From a virus: a DNA stretch of 64,000 nt. Made by a program: the position numbers and the translations under genes. This document shows, piece after piece, positions 48,045 to 57,647 of the stretch (position 1 is the stretch's first letter; each line of letters begins with the position of its first letter). Below the pieces are notes generated by a model that was given only the letters and a program-made list of their open reading frames with translations, did no database searches and was not told where the DNA came from. The stretch is from IMG/VR virus record IMGVR_UViG_3300031758_000006; one strand, given 5' to 3'.

Positions 48045-49904
48045 TTAAACGATTTCACAAGCTCCACCAGCACAAGCGGCTTCACCTCTAAGGTCAGTGT
48101 TATCTTGTAGTTCGATTACTTTTGTTAGATCAACATCTTTTAATGTAATTACCAATCTTTCAAAATCCTCTTCAGTACAATCTTCAAAAGGTGCTTGTGT
48201 GTATGTTCCACCATTGTATGGTAAAACTGACAATCCGTTATAGAACTTTCTATTTTTCCACATCCAATCACCAACTAAATCCCATTCATCATCTTTGATA
48301 GAAACAGTTGCCGAAACATTATGAGTGTTTTGACCACTTCTATGTCCAGTTCTTACCCACTCTTGTGATACCTTCTTAACTCGTTCCAACATTTGGAATA
48401 CTGACTCATGTCTTAAAATTGACCCTTCAGGTGCTTTCTGTGGGATTGTTATTACCGCGGTATCATGTGGTCTGAAATATTCATCTTCAACTAACTCTGG
48501 GTGATTTGTCACTAAGTGTTGGTATATTGATTCATTTTTACCAACTCGGATTCTTCTTAAGTAGAAATCATTGTGCCAAGCGTGAATACCAGAAGATGTT
48601 CCTAAGACTAATGATGAGGTTCCGGATGGTTTAACCGTTGTTGTTCTAGCTGATTTGTTAATACCAATTAGGTTAGCTACCCTTTGATTTTCCTCTTTAA
48701 CAGCTTCAGCGGCTAATTTCATATCGTAACCTAATACCACTCCAGATCCAATACCTGTCATACCAATCCCAATAAGAGCGTCTTTCTCAGTTGTTCTTTT
48801 CCAAACATCTCTTAAGTAATGGAAATCTGTGTATCCAGCCTGTAGTGTACCAATGAAAGCAGCTCCTTTAACTCTTTTTTCAAAGTCTTCTTGTGATTCA
48901 ATATCAGAAGCGTTAACCTCACATAGGTTACAAAATTGATATGGTCTAAGACCGATTTCACAACATGGGTTTGTCCCCCAATCTTTATCGTTTGATAAAT
49001 AAATTCCTGGTTCACCAGCTCCGGATAACTCAATTCGTTTCCAAAGACCCATAAAGTATTCTTGTGTTACCTTATGTCTAAGTAATACCGCTGAGTTATT
49101 AGCTCTACCTCTTTGTGGATTCGACTCCCACCAGTTTCCAGATTTACAAGAGATCATTTCATCATCATCAGCTGAAAATAGTGAAATAAGAGCGGCTCTT
49201 CTAATCCCACCAGCTAGTACCGCGTCAGCGATATGACAAACGATGTCATGTGTTTCAATCGGTGTTAACCTACTTCCATCAGTTTTATTTTCCAAAACTT
49301 TTGTAATATTGTGTATACAATCTTTCAATGGTTGTGGTCCTGGTGCTTTACCACCTGATGTTACTAATAAAGACCCTTTTTGTCTAATATCTGAAAAATC
49401 AAATATTGGTGTTGACGATTTAGATCCAAAGTATGACTCCATTAATACTTTAATAGCGTCAGCCCACCCTTCAATTGAATCACCAATCAAATATCTTCTG
49501 GTTCTACTTGGATTTGGTTTTTTAATCTCCGATAATTTATCTACGTGGTGTTTTTGTACTGAAAACCCTACACCGGTACCACCTAACAATAAGAACATTG
49601 TTTCAGCGAAAGCGTCTGTGTGGTCAATCGGTAAATAAGCACAATTGTAGACCCTATTTGGTGATATCTCAATAGGTTTTCCACCAAATTGTAATGACCT
49701 CATCGAAGGTAATATTTTTTTATCATACACCATTTTATACACCTCTTCGATCTCATCTTTGATTTTAGGGTATTTCTTTTGGTGCATTTCTTTATTTCGT
49801 GTAACTAATTCGTCCCAGGTTTCTCTTCTATTTTTCTCTGGTAAGAATTTAGCGTACTTCATGTAAACAGTAATGTCACTTAATATTCTTTGTGATACAT
49901 CCAT
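48045..49904 (-). CDS. nrdJ: Class II (AdoCbl-dependent, monomeric-type) ribonucleotide reductase
   Basis: N-terminal ATP-cone-like RRETWDE, LPSMRSL, NCA, GTNPCCEI, CNLCE, TTVKPSGT, C-terminal CAGGAC. Confidence 0.92.
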   Translation of the reverse strand: MDVSQRILSDITVYMKYAKFLPEKNRRETWDELVTRNKEMHQKKYPKIKDEIEEVYKMVYDKKILPSMRSLQFGGKPIEISPNRVYNCAYLPIDHTDAFAETMFLLLGGTGVGFSVQKHHVDKLSEIKKPNPSRTRRYLIGDSIEGWADAIKVLMESYFGSKSSTPIFDFSDIRQKGSLLVTSGGKAPGPQPLKDCIHNITKVLENKTDGSRLTPIETHDIVCHIADAVLAGGIRRAALISLFSADDDEMISCKSGNWWESNPQRGRANNSAVLLRHKVTQEYFMGLWKRIELSGAGEPGIYLSNDKDWGTNPCCEIGLRPYQFCNLCEVNASDIESQEDFEKRVKGAAFIGTLQAGYTDFHYLRDVWKRTTEKDALIGIGMTGIGSGVVLGYDMKLAAEAVKEENQRVANLIGINKSARTTTVKPSGTSSLVLGTSSGIHAWHNDFYLRRIRVGKNESIYQHLVTNHPELVEDEYFRPHDTAVITIPQKAPEGSILRHESVFQMLERVKKVSQEWVRTGHRSGQNTHNVSATVSIKDDEWDLVGDWMWKNRKFYNGLSVLPYNGGTYTQAPFEDCTEEDFERLVITLKDVDLTKVIELQDNTDLRGEAACAGGACEIV

Positions 49905-49922
49905 GATTTAAAATTTTTTTAT

Positions 49923-51314
49923 TTAATTTATTGTATTATTGGTGTTATTGTTTTGTTTTCTTTTTTCCATTAACTCTTTAACCCTTAATCGTTGTCTCTC
50001 TTCTTTTTGTTCTTCCAACCCTAAAAAGGTCATTGAACTTTCAGTGTCGATTTCAATCATAGCGTTATCAAATTTACAGTTCTCGAAAACCACTCCATCA
50101 TCACCAATTCTTGATTTTGTTATGGCTATTGTCGCTAACTTCATTTCTTTTTGTTGTAGTGTCTTAGCTACTGAGATTATTACGTGACCTACCTGTGCCT
50201 TTTTAATTGATCCACCCATTTGGTCGGTAGTTACCACTTCAGAAGAAATCGATGATCTATTCCCTTGTGTAGCTGTCCATCCAACAATGTTTAGTTCGTG
50301 ACACATAGCCTCGAAAGCTCTCATAACCGATCCTTCACTTTTCCATTCGTCACCTAAGTTTTTATCCGGAACAACACAATCTATATAGTCTAAAACCACC
50401 ATATCAACCCTCATACCATCAGATATTAATTTTCTGATCTCATTCTTTATCTGTGACATAGTTTTAGTGTCAGAGGGTAGTTTTTTTAACTCCAATCTGT
50501 TGTCCATTGTCTCTTCAATCTTTTTAACTTTACTAATTACTTCCTCTTTACGTTCAGACAATTCATCTGGGTGTATTTTTGTCCAAAGTGTAAAGTGTTT
50601 TCGTTGGATCACTTTTGGATTGTCCTCAAAAAATATTTGAAGTACGTTTTTTCCTAAGTTAAAAGCGTGGTTTGATATCTTTGTTAATATTGTGGATTTA
50701 CCAACTCCGGTTGGTGCTAAAATTACACCAATTTCACCTTTAGCTAATCCACCTTTTAACAGTCTATCAATACCTGGTATTCCCATTGGGATCGGGTGTC
50801 TGTAATCTTCTTCAAGAACTTGGTCTATGTTTGAAAAGACATCTAACATTGATGTGTCTTTTGAACCAACCATTAAAGCCTCTTTTACCATTTCTTCCAG
50901 TGTATCGTAGTTTTCAAATTCCCCACCATCGATAATTTTCTGGGCTTTTTTCATCACTTTCTGTAGTTCTTGTTGTTTACAGAATTTAAGTGCTTTCTCT
51001 TGAACAAAATTAGATCCGTCCAATGGAGCTTCTTTAATCTTAGATATTGTATCCAAGACTATTTTAGAAGCCATTTGATTTTGTAACTCAGACTTTGTTA
51101 TTTGTTCTAGTGTCTCAAAGGATGGTGTATGATCGTACTTTATATGATACTCTTTGACCATTTGGATGATTATTTTGAAGTATTGGTTTTCAAAATAATT
51201 TGTATTAAGTACATCTATTATCGACACAGAAAAGTCTTTGTCTAAAATTATTTGATTAAGTAGTTGTAGTTGAAAAGTGTTACCTAGATATTCAAAATTT
51301 TTGTTAGTCGCCAT
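49923..51314 (-). CDS. DnaB-like replicative helicase
   Basis: APTGVGKST, LDYID, WTATQ.NR, SIKKAQ, KSR.G. Confidence 0.9.
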   Translation of the reverse strand: MATNKNFEYLGNTFQLQLLNQIILDKDFSVSIIDVLNTNYFENQYFKIIIQMVKEYHIKYDHTPSFETLEQITKSELQNQMASKIVLDTISKIKEAPLDGSNFVQEKALKFCKQQELQKVMKKAQKIIDGGEFENYDTLEEMVKEALMVGSKDTSMLDVFSNIDQVLEEDYRHPIPMGIPGIDRLLKGGLAKGEIGVILAPTGVGKSTILTKISNHAFNLGKNVLQIFFEDNPKVIQRKHFTLWTKIHPDELSERKEEVISKVKKIEETMDNRLELKKLPSDTKTMSQIKNEIRKLISDGMRVDMVVLDYIDCVVPDKNLGDEWKSEGSVMRAFEAMCHELNIVGWTATQGNRSSISSEVVTTDQMGGSIKKAQVGHVIISVAKTLQQKEMKLATIAITKSRIGDDGVVFENCKFDNAMIEIDTESSMTFLGLEEQKEERQRLRVKELMEKRKQNNNTNNTIN

Positions 51315-51347
51315 ATTTTTTTATTACTTTAGTATTGATAAATAGTA

Positions 51348-51797
51348 TTAATTCTCGATAAATTGCGGATAAAAATAATTAAATTTCTTACCAGAAAAAA
51401 TGTCAGTAAGGTCACCCAATATGGATTTTAACTTTGGTCGTAGGTCTACGGTATATCTTACCTTTGGTGGGTATACTTTAGCGTCGAATGTTCTCTGACA
51501 AATTGTCATATCGTCCAACTTAATGTATATGTTAAAGTTCTCATCACCATCCGTTATTGACGTGTTTAATATCTCAGGATTTTCAGTAATTTCAAACTGA
51601 TTGTCCAACATATAAACTACACTTCTCATTTTTAAATCATACTGTAGTTTATTACACAATCTGTCAATATATTCGTAGAACTCAATAGATTTGTGTGCGT
51701 TTTTGTTGAATCCCTTAACATTAAAATATCGTTGAACTACAATGTTATCGTTACACATTAATAAAAATTCAACTTTCGTTACTTCTTGATTTTTCAT
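51348..51797 (-). CDS. Hypothetical protein
   Basis: 149 aa in replication run. Confidence 0.75.
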   Translation of the reverse strand: MKNQEVTKVEFLLMCNDNIVVQRYFNVKGFNKNAHKSIEFYEYIDRLCNKLQYDLKMRSVVYMLDNQFEITENPEILNTSITDGDENFNIYIKLDDMTICQRTFDAKVYPPKVRYTVDLRPKLKSILGDLTDIFSGKKFNYFYPQFIEN

Positions 51798-51807
51798 ATT
51801 TATTTAT

Positions 51808-52824
51808 TTATTTATTTGTTTTATTTCTGTATTTAGTTTTTTCTTTCCTTGAAAGTTTTAAAAATGGTTTTAAAAATTTAACCCAAGCGTCATCACCTTT
51901 CGGTAGGTATTTGAAGAACCCGTCTTCCATCATCATTTTAATTAGATTTCTGTGTCCTCTACCGTTGGGATCTAATGATTCCTTACAATAAGATTCTACC
52001 AGTTCTTTACCTTCATCACTTATTAGTGGTTCAGATAAATCCACTAATTTTTTATTTACCACAAAGAACTCATCACCATATATCCCCTCCCTTGTTTTTC
52101 CACTTAGTAAGTTCTGTAAAACAACACTATCTTTTTGTTCTTTTATCAGTTCTTCACCTTTGTTTAAAATATCGGTAAAAGAAATTTCATTTTCAAGTAT
52201 CTCAGGAAATAATTTTACAAAAGTTTTTTCACCCAGGTAAAATATCCCATCAATATTGTCTGAAGTATCACCAGCTAAGATTTTATAAGTTTTAATATTG
52301 TAGTGTGGTATTTCAATATCATACATTTTTATCTTATCACCCAGTTTATAAAACTGTTTTGTATTTGGTGAATAGATCCTAACTTTTTCGGAGATTAACT
52401 GGGTTAGATCCCTGTCACCGGAAAATATTGTTTTATCCTCATCAAGTGATATTTGACAATAATAAGCGATTAGATCGTCAGCTTCACAATGACCAACTTC
52501 AATTTGTCTAACAAACATCTCCTCAAGATATTGTTTTACTCTTTGTTTTTGTTGGCCAAAGGAAACTTCCTTAAAATCAACCTCATCTGGTATCTTTCGA
52601 TTTAACTTATACTTTGGGTAAAGTATCCTTCTCTGTGATGTACTGGTTTCACTGTCCCAAAAAACGACTACCTTGGTGTAGTTTTCTTCCTCTAGAAATT
52701 TTCTTAACGTGTTTAGAAAGTGCCATATACCACCAACATGTTGTCCTTTATTGAAAAAGTCTTTTACTCCGTGAAATCCTATCTTTAATAGGTTATTACC
52801 ATCTACTAATAAAGTTTTTGACAT
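51808..52824 (-). CDS. 5'-3' exonuclease (PolA N-terminal / T4 RNase H-like)
   Basis: LLVDGNN, YPKYK.NR, EADDLIA, SGDRDL, GDTSDNIDG. Confidence 0.92.
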   Translation of the reverse strand: MSKTLLVDGNNLLKIGFHGVKDFFNKGQHVGGIWHFLNTLRKFLEEENYTKVVVFWDSETSTSQRRILYPKYKLNRKIPDEVDFKEVSFGQQKQRVKQYLEEMFVRQIEVGHCEADDLIAYYCQISLDEDKTIFSGDRDLTQLISEKVRIYSPNTKQFYKLGDKIKMYDIEIPHYNIKTYKILAGDTSDNIDGIFYLGEKTFVKLFPEILENEISFTDILNKGEELIKEQKDSVVLQNLLSGKTREGIYGDEFFVVNKKLVDLSEPLISDEGKELVESYCKESLDPNGRGHRNLIKMMMEDGFFKYLPKGDDAWVKFLKPFLKLSRKEKTKYRNKTNK

Positions 52825-52850
52825 TCATACATAATTACGTGGTTTGACAT

Positions 52851-53987
52851 CTATCTAATAATTTCATAATCCATATTCTGGATCTTTTCCAATGAATAAA
52901 CTTCCAGGTTTTCCTTAAGTCTCATTTCAGAATTAAGTTTTTCCCATCTTTTTTGAGCCTTTTTTCTCCAAACTTCAATTAAGTGTTCTAGTTTGTGTTT
53001 TTCAAAGTTTTCCTTTTTTTCCAATTTAATTTCTCCGTTGGATAAAATGTGTTCCTTAATGTTTGAATAACCAAAATTGGTATAATAATACCTCTTTTTT
53101 GTTTTTGTCTTCATACAACATTTAACAAACTCATTAAACTTTGTAAACTCTTCCGGATCTAACTCTTTTAGGTGAGCTTTAATTATTTGGATTATTTTAG
53201 AGTACTCCCTCATTTTTGGTGCTGATGGTACTGGATCAACTAACATCCCATTCCATTCTTCTTTACCATATATTGGTCTCAAATAATTCCTAAGTTCCAT
53301 GTAAATTTCATCACTTGGGAATAAAAATAGGTCGGACTCAGTCATACCATTGTATCTAATGTATGGTTCAAGTCCATCGTATTGTGATGAACTTTTTATG
53401 TTCCCATATAATGATGTGGTCTCAAGAAAACATAAATCCATTTTGTCACCATACTTTTCGTTGAACATATCCACAACTAAATGTGAACTACATATCAAAG
53501 CTAATAATTTACCACCTAAACAATTAAAACCAAACGGTTGTGTTGGTACAATTATAGCTCCGTTAACCATGTGTCTGTTTACGTGGGTAGCTCGTAACGT
53601 CTCACCAAAAAAATCATTTCTAGGTTTTATTGACAATACCGGTGAAGCTATTTTGATAAACCCTAAGTATTTACCGGACTTACCTTCTTTAACTCCCAGT
53701 GTAACTTGTCTTCCTATTTGTGATTCCAAGGGTAAACTAATGGTTATCTGTGCTAAATTATTTAATGTATTTTGATCAACAACATCAACAACTATGTCCA
53801 TGTCCTTTGGTTCTAATGTGTGATCATTAAATAATTGTTTACTCCAATGTTCAACATCGATATTTACAATTTTTTCTTTTTTTCTTTCAAGAAAGTAATC
53901 TTGAATTGTTGGTACTTTGCTGTAAAAACTATTTAGGGTTTCTACCATACCCATAACTTCCTCGTGGGTTAATTTGATTTCCATCAT
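52851..53987 (-). CDS. DUF4338 (DruA-related) protein
   Basis: GKYLGFI..ASP, VPTQPFGFNCLGGKLLAL, ETTSLYG, SQYDG motifs. Confidence 0.7.
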   Translation of the reverse strand: MMEIKLTHEEVMGMVETLNSFYSKVPTIQDYFLERKKEKIVNIDVEHWSKQLFNDHTLEPKDMDIVVDVVDQNTLNNLAQITISLPLESQIGRQVTLGVKEGKSGKYLGFIKIASPVLSIKPRNDFFGETLRATHVNRHMVNGAIIVPTQPFGFNCLGGKLLALICSSHLVVDMFNEKYGDKMDLCFLETTSLYGNIKSSSQYDGLEPYIRYNGMTESDLFLFPSDEIYMELRNYLRPIYGKEEWNGMLVDPVPSAPKMREYSKIIQIIKAHLKELDPEEFTKFNEFVKCCMKTKTKKRYYYTNFGYSNIKEHILSNGEIKLEKKENFEKHKLEHLIEVWRKKAQKRWEKLNSEMRLKENLEVYSLEKIQNMDYEIIR

Positions 53988-54991
53988 TCAGTTTCTTCTT
54001 TTTCAGTTTTCAAATCAAAATCTCCCTCAACACCAATAACTTCTTTCCAATAGTCAGCGTATTCTTTCTTATATTGTTCAATCGATGTCTTCTCTTCTGT
54101 AGTATCTTTTCCTGGTAAGAATCCATGTGGGGTAACTATTATCTTACCATCCTCATATCCAAGACCATTTATGTGATTTTTCATTACAGACACTTTAGTT
54201 CTTGAAGCAAACTTAACAGTTCTTTTGTCTTTGGTTGCCGTGATTTTAGTTGTTCCAGCTCCTTTTTGATTCCCATATAAGAACACCAATGAGGAATTTA
54301 ACCAAATCGCTTCACCACCTTTAGCTTTAATTTTTGGTTGTCCGAATGGATTATCCGGTAATTCAACCCAAGGTTGGTTAACAATAATTAATGTGTTCTC
54401 ATATTTTGAGTCGGACTTACGACTTCCTGAAATACGTTGATTGATGCCCATACCAATTTTATCAGCTAAAACCGAAGCGTTATGTTGTTTACCACCTTTA
54501 CCTTCATATGTCATTTTACAAGGAACTGAGCCAACAGAATCCCACATGATACATAGTGAATAATCTAATTCACCCTTTTCTTGTGAATCTAATAAGTCGT
54601 TAATGTAATCCGTAATTTGTTCGATATAATCAAAGTTGTTGTTAAAAATGTAAAATCCATCCCACTCCAACTCACCGGTATCAGTGTCAACAACTTCTTC
54701 ACATTCAAACCCCATAAGTTTAGCGTGATCAAAACTCCATTTTTGTTCAGTAATAATGAACACTGGTAAAATTCCCTTTTTTTGAGCGTCGACGGCTGTT
54801 TTAACTAAGGCGGTTGTCTTACCTGTGTCACTATGACCCAGGAACATATTAATGTGTCCCATCGCTGGACCAGGTAACCCAACCGCGTCTAAAAAGGCTT
54901 CTCCAAGATCGAAGAATCTTTGTGGTTTGTATTTAGCTGATGTTGAGAATTTCTTCTTAATACCACTAAAATCGTTTTTCTTTATTGCCAT
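53984..54991 (-). CDS. RecA/UvsX recombinase
   Basis: GHSDTGKT, WDSVG, IIVNQ, KAKGG, G.GY.DG. Confidence 0.88.
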   Translation of the reverse strand: MAIKKNDFSGIKKKFSTSAKYKPQRFFDLGEAFLDAVGLPGPAMGHINMFLGHSDTGKTTALVKTAVDAQKKGILPVFIITEQKWSFDHAKLMGFECEEVVDTDTGELEWDGFYIFNNNFDYIEQITDYINDLLDSQEKGELDYSLCIMWDSVGSVPCKMTYEGKGGKQHNASVLADKIGMGINQRISGSRKSDSKYENTLIIVNQPWVELPDNPFGQPKIKAKGGEAIWLNSSLVFLYGNQKGAGTTKITATKDKRTVKFASRTKVSVMKNHINGLGYEDGKIIVTPHGFLPGKDTTEEKTSIEQYKKEYADYWKEVIGVEGDFDLKTEKEETE

Positions 54992-55002
54992 ATATTTGTT
55001 TT

Positions 55003-55653
55003 TTAAATTAAAAAGTTAGATGTCGTTGTATTTTTTCCGTGTATATTCCAAATTATATTTTCGGTGTTGTCTATTTCACATATTTTACATTTATTTTCAC
55101 ACCAAACATCCCTCCACATATTGTCCTCAAAAGCATAAATTTTTGATAAATCTTTTATTAAATTAAGACTCTTAAGGTTAAAAGCGAATGTCGCTGGGAT
55201 TTTAAAATCACAATTTTCAGGGTTGGCTCCTAAATTATGAGCGTTTACTAATCTCATAACATTACCATTTAACTGATACCTTATTGTTGATGATAAAACA
55301 TCCACATCATTTTCTTTAAAGAAATTAACTATATTCATTATGTAGTCTTTTTTATATATGTCATCATCATCTATTTTCACAAAAATGTCATATTCTTCAT
55401 AATTTTCTACAGCTAAGATTGTATTGATATGGTTTGTATGTTGGTGTTGGTTTAGAGTATATGTGAAACTATTTTTATCGGTCTTAACGTCGTCAAATAT
55501 TTTTTGGATGTAGTTTTTTTGATGTGTTGATCTTTCCATCGTAATATTCACCGAGTGAAATATATCCTGGTACGTTTGACTATTTATGTCTTGTACACAT
55601 CCTCTTAACATTTTATACCTATTTAAACTTGGGGTAAAACACAATACTCTCAT
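55003..55653 (-). CDS. GT2-like GT-A glycosyltransferase
   Basis: LCFTPSLNR..ML...I.SQTY, VKIDDDDIY. Confidence 0.75.
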   Translation of the reverse strand: MRVLCFTPSLNRYKMLRGCVQDINSQTYQDIFHSVNITMERSTHQKNYIQKIFDDVKTDKNSFTYTLNQHQHTNHINTILAVENYEEYDIFVKIDDDDIYKKDYIMNIVNFFKENDVDVLSSTIRYQLNGNVMRLVNAHNLGANPENCDFKIPATFAFNLKSLNLIKDLSKIYAFEDNMWRDVWCENKCKICEIDNTENIIWNIHGKNTTTSNFLI

Positions 55654-55663
55654 TTTTTTCCAT

Positions 55664-55703
55664 TATAAAACTTGGACACCCATTTTAATCGAATGTCCAA
55701 GTT
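55664..55703 (-). terminator. Terminator after SSB
   Basis: 10-bp stem AACTTGGACA/TGTCCAAGTT, 15-nt loop, T-rich tail on minus strand. Confidence 0.65.
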
Positions 55704-55712
55704 TGTTAAAAA

Positions 55713-56573
55713 TTAAAACGGTAACTCCTCGTCAGTGTCGTCATTCGTTTGTGGATCCTCAACTTCATTAATCGATTTTGATCCACCACCAATTGTTGTA
55801 GTTTCCTCAATGTCGTTGGAATATACATATTTACCAGCGTCGGAATCCCATCTTGGTGTCTCACCTCTTGAGATAGCTTCAAGATACTCAACTGGTTTTT
55901 TAGAGTATACGTCCTCCCAAGTTAATTCATTATTAACCCATCCTTCAGTTTCATCAGAATCTGAACTGATAGAACTTGGGTCGTCATACATAATTGTTTG
56001 GATTACTGTATAAACCCCTCCCTTTGGAGTTTTAGCTTTGGTCAACTCAAGGATTAAATCTCTACCATTTTCTGGATTTGTGATATCACCCTTAGCTTTC
56101 CAAATTGGAATGATTTTATCTAGGATTCCTTCTTGTTTGTAGTTGTGTTTGAATCTCCAGAATTTAACTCCGTCTTGTTCGTTATCACGGTCGATAACTT
56201 TAACAATATAAAACTTACGTGCTTTATACTGTTTTGCCAATTCTTTATCGGAATCTCTACCGGTTGACATTAAAGTTTCATAAACCTCATTCAAAGGTGA
56301 ACGTTCGTTGTCATTCTTTCCTGGATCGTAAAATTTCTGATATTTACCATCCACTTGGATTTCGTGAAACCATACTTCTTTGAAGGGTGAAGATCCGTCA
56401 CTTGTTGGTAGAATTCTAATTCTTCTTTGACCTTGTTTTTCGGTATCTTTTAAGATAGCTGCGAAATACTTTTTCATTCTCTCTTCCTGAGACATTTTTG
56501 AAGTGGAGGAAGAACCACTTTGTTTTGATTGTTCGTACTGTGCTAGTACTGCGTCTAAGACATTTGTCGCCAT
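55713..56573 (-). CDS. T4 gp32-like single-stranded DNA-binding protein
   Basis: start reassigned to MATNVLD; RIRILP, PF.EV.FH, GRDL, acidic tail ending EELPF. Confidence 0.85.
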   Translation of the reverse strand: MATNVLDAVLAQYEQSKQSGSSSTSKMSQEERMKKYFAAILKDTEKQGQRRIRILPTSDGSSPFKEVWFHEIQVDGKYQKFYDPGKNDNERSPLNEVYETLMSTGRDSDKELAKQYKARKFYIVKVIDRDNEQDGVKFWRFKHNYKQEGILDKIIPIWKAKGDITNPENGRDLILELTKAKTPKGGVYTVIQTIMYDDPSSISSDSDETEGWVNNELTWEDVYSKKPVEYLEAISRGETPRWDSDAGKYVYSNDIEETTTIGGGSKSINEVEDPQTNDDTDEELPF

Positions 56574-56603
56574 AAAATATATAATTAAAAGTTTACAATA
56601 GAA

Positions 56604-56632
56604 AGTATAAGTTAAATAAATTGGGTTGTCAA
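56604..56632 (-). promoter_or_regulatory. sigma70-type promoter TTGACA-N17-TATACT
   Basis: plus tgtcaa 56627-56632, agtata 56604-56609, upstream of SSB ATG. Confidence 0.78.
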
Positions 56633-56642
56633 GTAGCTGAGT

Positions 56643-56670
56643 AAAAAAAAATGGGACTTTTGATCCCATT
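56643..56670 (-). terminator. Intrinsic terminator
   Basis: AATGGGA/TCCCATT stem with T run on minus strand. Confidence 0.7.
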
Positions 56671-56678
56671 CTATTAAA

Positions 56679-57374
56679 TTATTTAAATTTGTTAAATTCA
56701 TCTTCGGGACTAGGATCAAAACTATCCCCAATTTCTTTACTAGAAAAATCCTCAACATCATCAGTTGTTAGTACGTATTCATTTTTACCTGACTTTTCCA
56801 TTTCGTCTTGTTTGTCAACAAAGAAATCAGATAGTTTCTGTTGGAATGGTCCGGAATCCAATGACCTTAATTCTAATTTTTCTTGGGGTGTTTTTGGTCT
56901 ATATTTTTCTAATTTAGTTTCTAAATCATTTATTTTGTTAACTAAGTTGTCCATCTCACCTAATTTTGACTCTAGGGAACTCAATTGGTTAAATAGGTTA
57001 TCAAAATATTCTTCTTGTTTGTCGGACATCGTTTTTTGTGTGTCCACTAAGTCTGTAATATCTAGTTCTTCAGTATCACCCTCCTCACCTTCATCTTCAC
57101 TTTTACCTAACTCTTCAACATCAGGATCTTTTGAGACATCCACAGCTTCTGGTCCAGATGGTGCTGGTGGTGCCGCTGGTGGTGGTACTCCTCCAGGTGT
57201 TACTGGGGGTGCTCCAGCTGCTGGGTCAGCTCCTCCAGGTTCAGCTGGTGGTGGTAAATCAACTGGTTCGTCAACAGGAGCTGCTGCCGAGTCTAATTCA
57301 GCTTGTTCGACAATATATTTATTAATAGTATTGTACCTTTCGATTTCCTTGATTATTTTTTCGTCTATTCTCAT
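56679..57374 (-). CDS. Acidic Pro-rich coiled-coil protein, possible head core protein
   Basis: 231 aa, PPPAEPGG..PPPAAPPAP tract. Confidence 0.7.
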   Translation of the reverse strand: MRIDEKIIKEIERYNTINKYIVEQAELDSAAAPVDEPVDLPPPAEPGGADPAAGAPPVTPGGVPPPAAPPAPSGPEAVDVSKDPDVEELGKSEDEGEEGDTEELDITDLVDTQKTMSDKQEEYFDNLFNQLSSLESKLGEMDNLVNKINDLETKLEKYRPKTPQEKLELRSLDSGPFQQKLSDFFVDKQDEMEKSGKNEYVLTTDDVEDFSSKEIGDSFDPSPEDEFNKFK

Positions 57375-57375
57375 T

Positions 57376-57603
57376 TTATCCGTTTAATAATTGTTTAATT
57401 CCTGTAGTAGTCTCAACTTGAATTTTTTTAAATTTATTCATAGTATTGTCAACTCTCTCAATTAGTCCGTCTTTCATTCTTAAGGTGTAACAATCACCGG
57501 TATCTAAATCACAAACTTCTTTATACCCATTACCAGAATCCTTTTCACTGATTCTAGTATTTTTTCCAAGGTAGTTATCTAAAATTAATTTTGTATTACT
57601 CAT
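57376..57603 (-). CDS. Small hypothetical protein
   Basis: 75 aa, VCDLDTGDCY; TATTTAT upstream. Confidence 0.7.
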   Translation of the reverse strand: MSNTKLILDNYLGKNTRISEKDSGNGYKEVCDLDTGDCYTLRMKDGLIERVDNTMNKFKKIQVETTTGIKQLLNG

Positions 57604-57647
57604 AATATTGTTTTTTATATATATAAATATATCAATTGCTGATAAAA

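Larger units (their letters stand above)
617..57629. promoter_or_regulatory. Dispersed TATTTAT motif upstream of start codons (candidate phage late/middle promoter)
   Basis: minus: 617, 5727, 9797, 10177, 25133, 27101, 29347, 35803, 45328, 47689, 51338, 57623; plus: 665, 1766-1785, 19680; always in gene-sense orientation within about 30 nt of a start codon. Confidence 0.65.

Noticed and set aside
52851-53987. Complete Druantia defence system
   Set aside because: No DruE-type helicase or other Dru genes nearby; neighbours are replication genes.
48045-54991. Inteins or introns in nrdJ, helicase, exonuclease or recombinase
   Set aside because: Lengths are normal and no C/S...HN splice motifs or LAGLIDADG inserts were seen.
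10224-56669. ORF-track starts at 10577, 14537, 29698 and 56669
   Set aside because: They overlap upstream genes or promoter/terminator elements; downstream ATGs (10514, 14486, 29656, 56573) fit better.
56689-57387. 232-aa plus-strand ORF
   Set aside because: Ser-rich antisense shadow exactly overlapping a plausible minus-strand gene; no promoter or start context.
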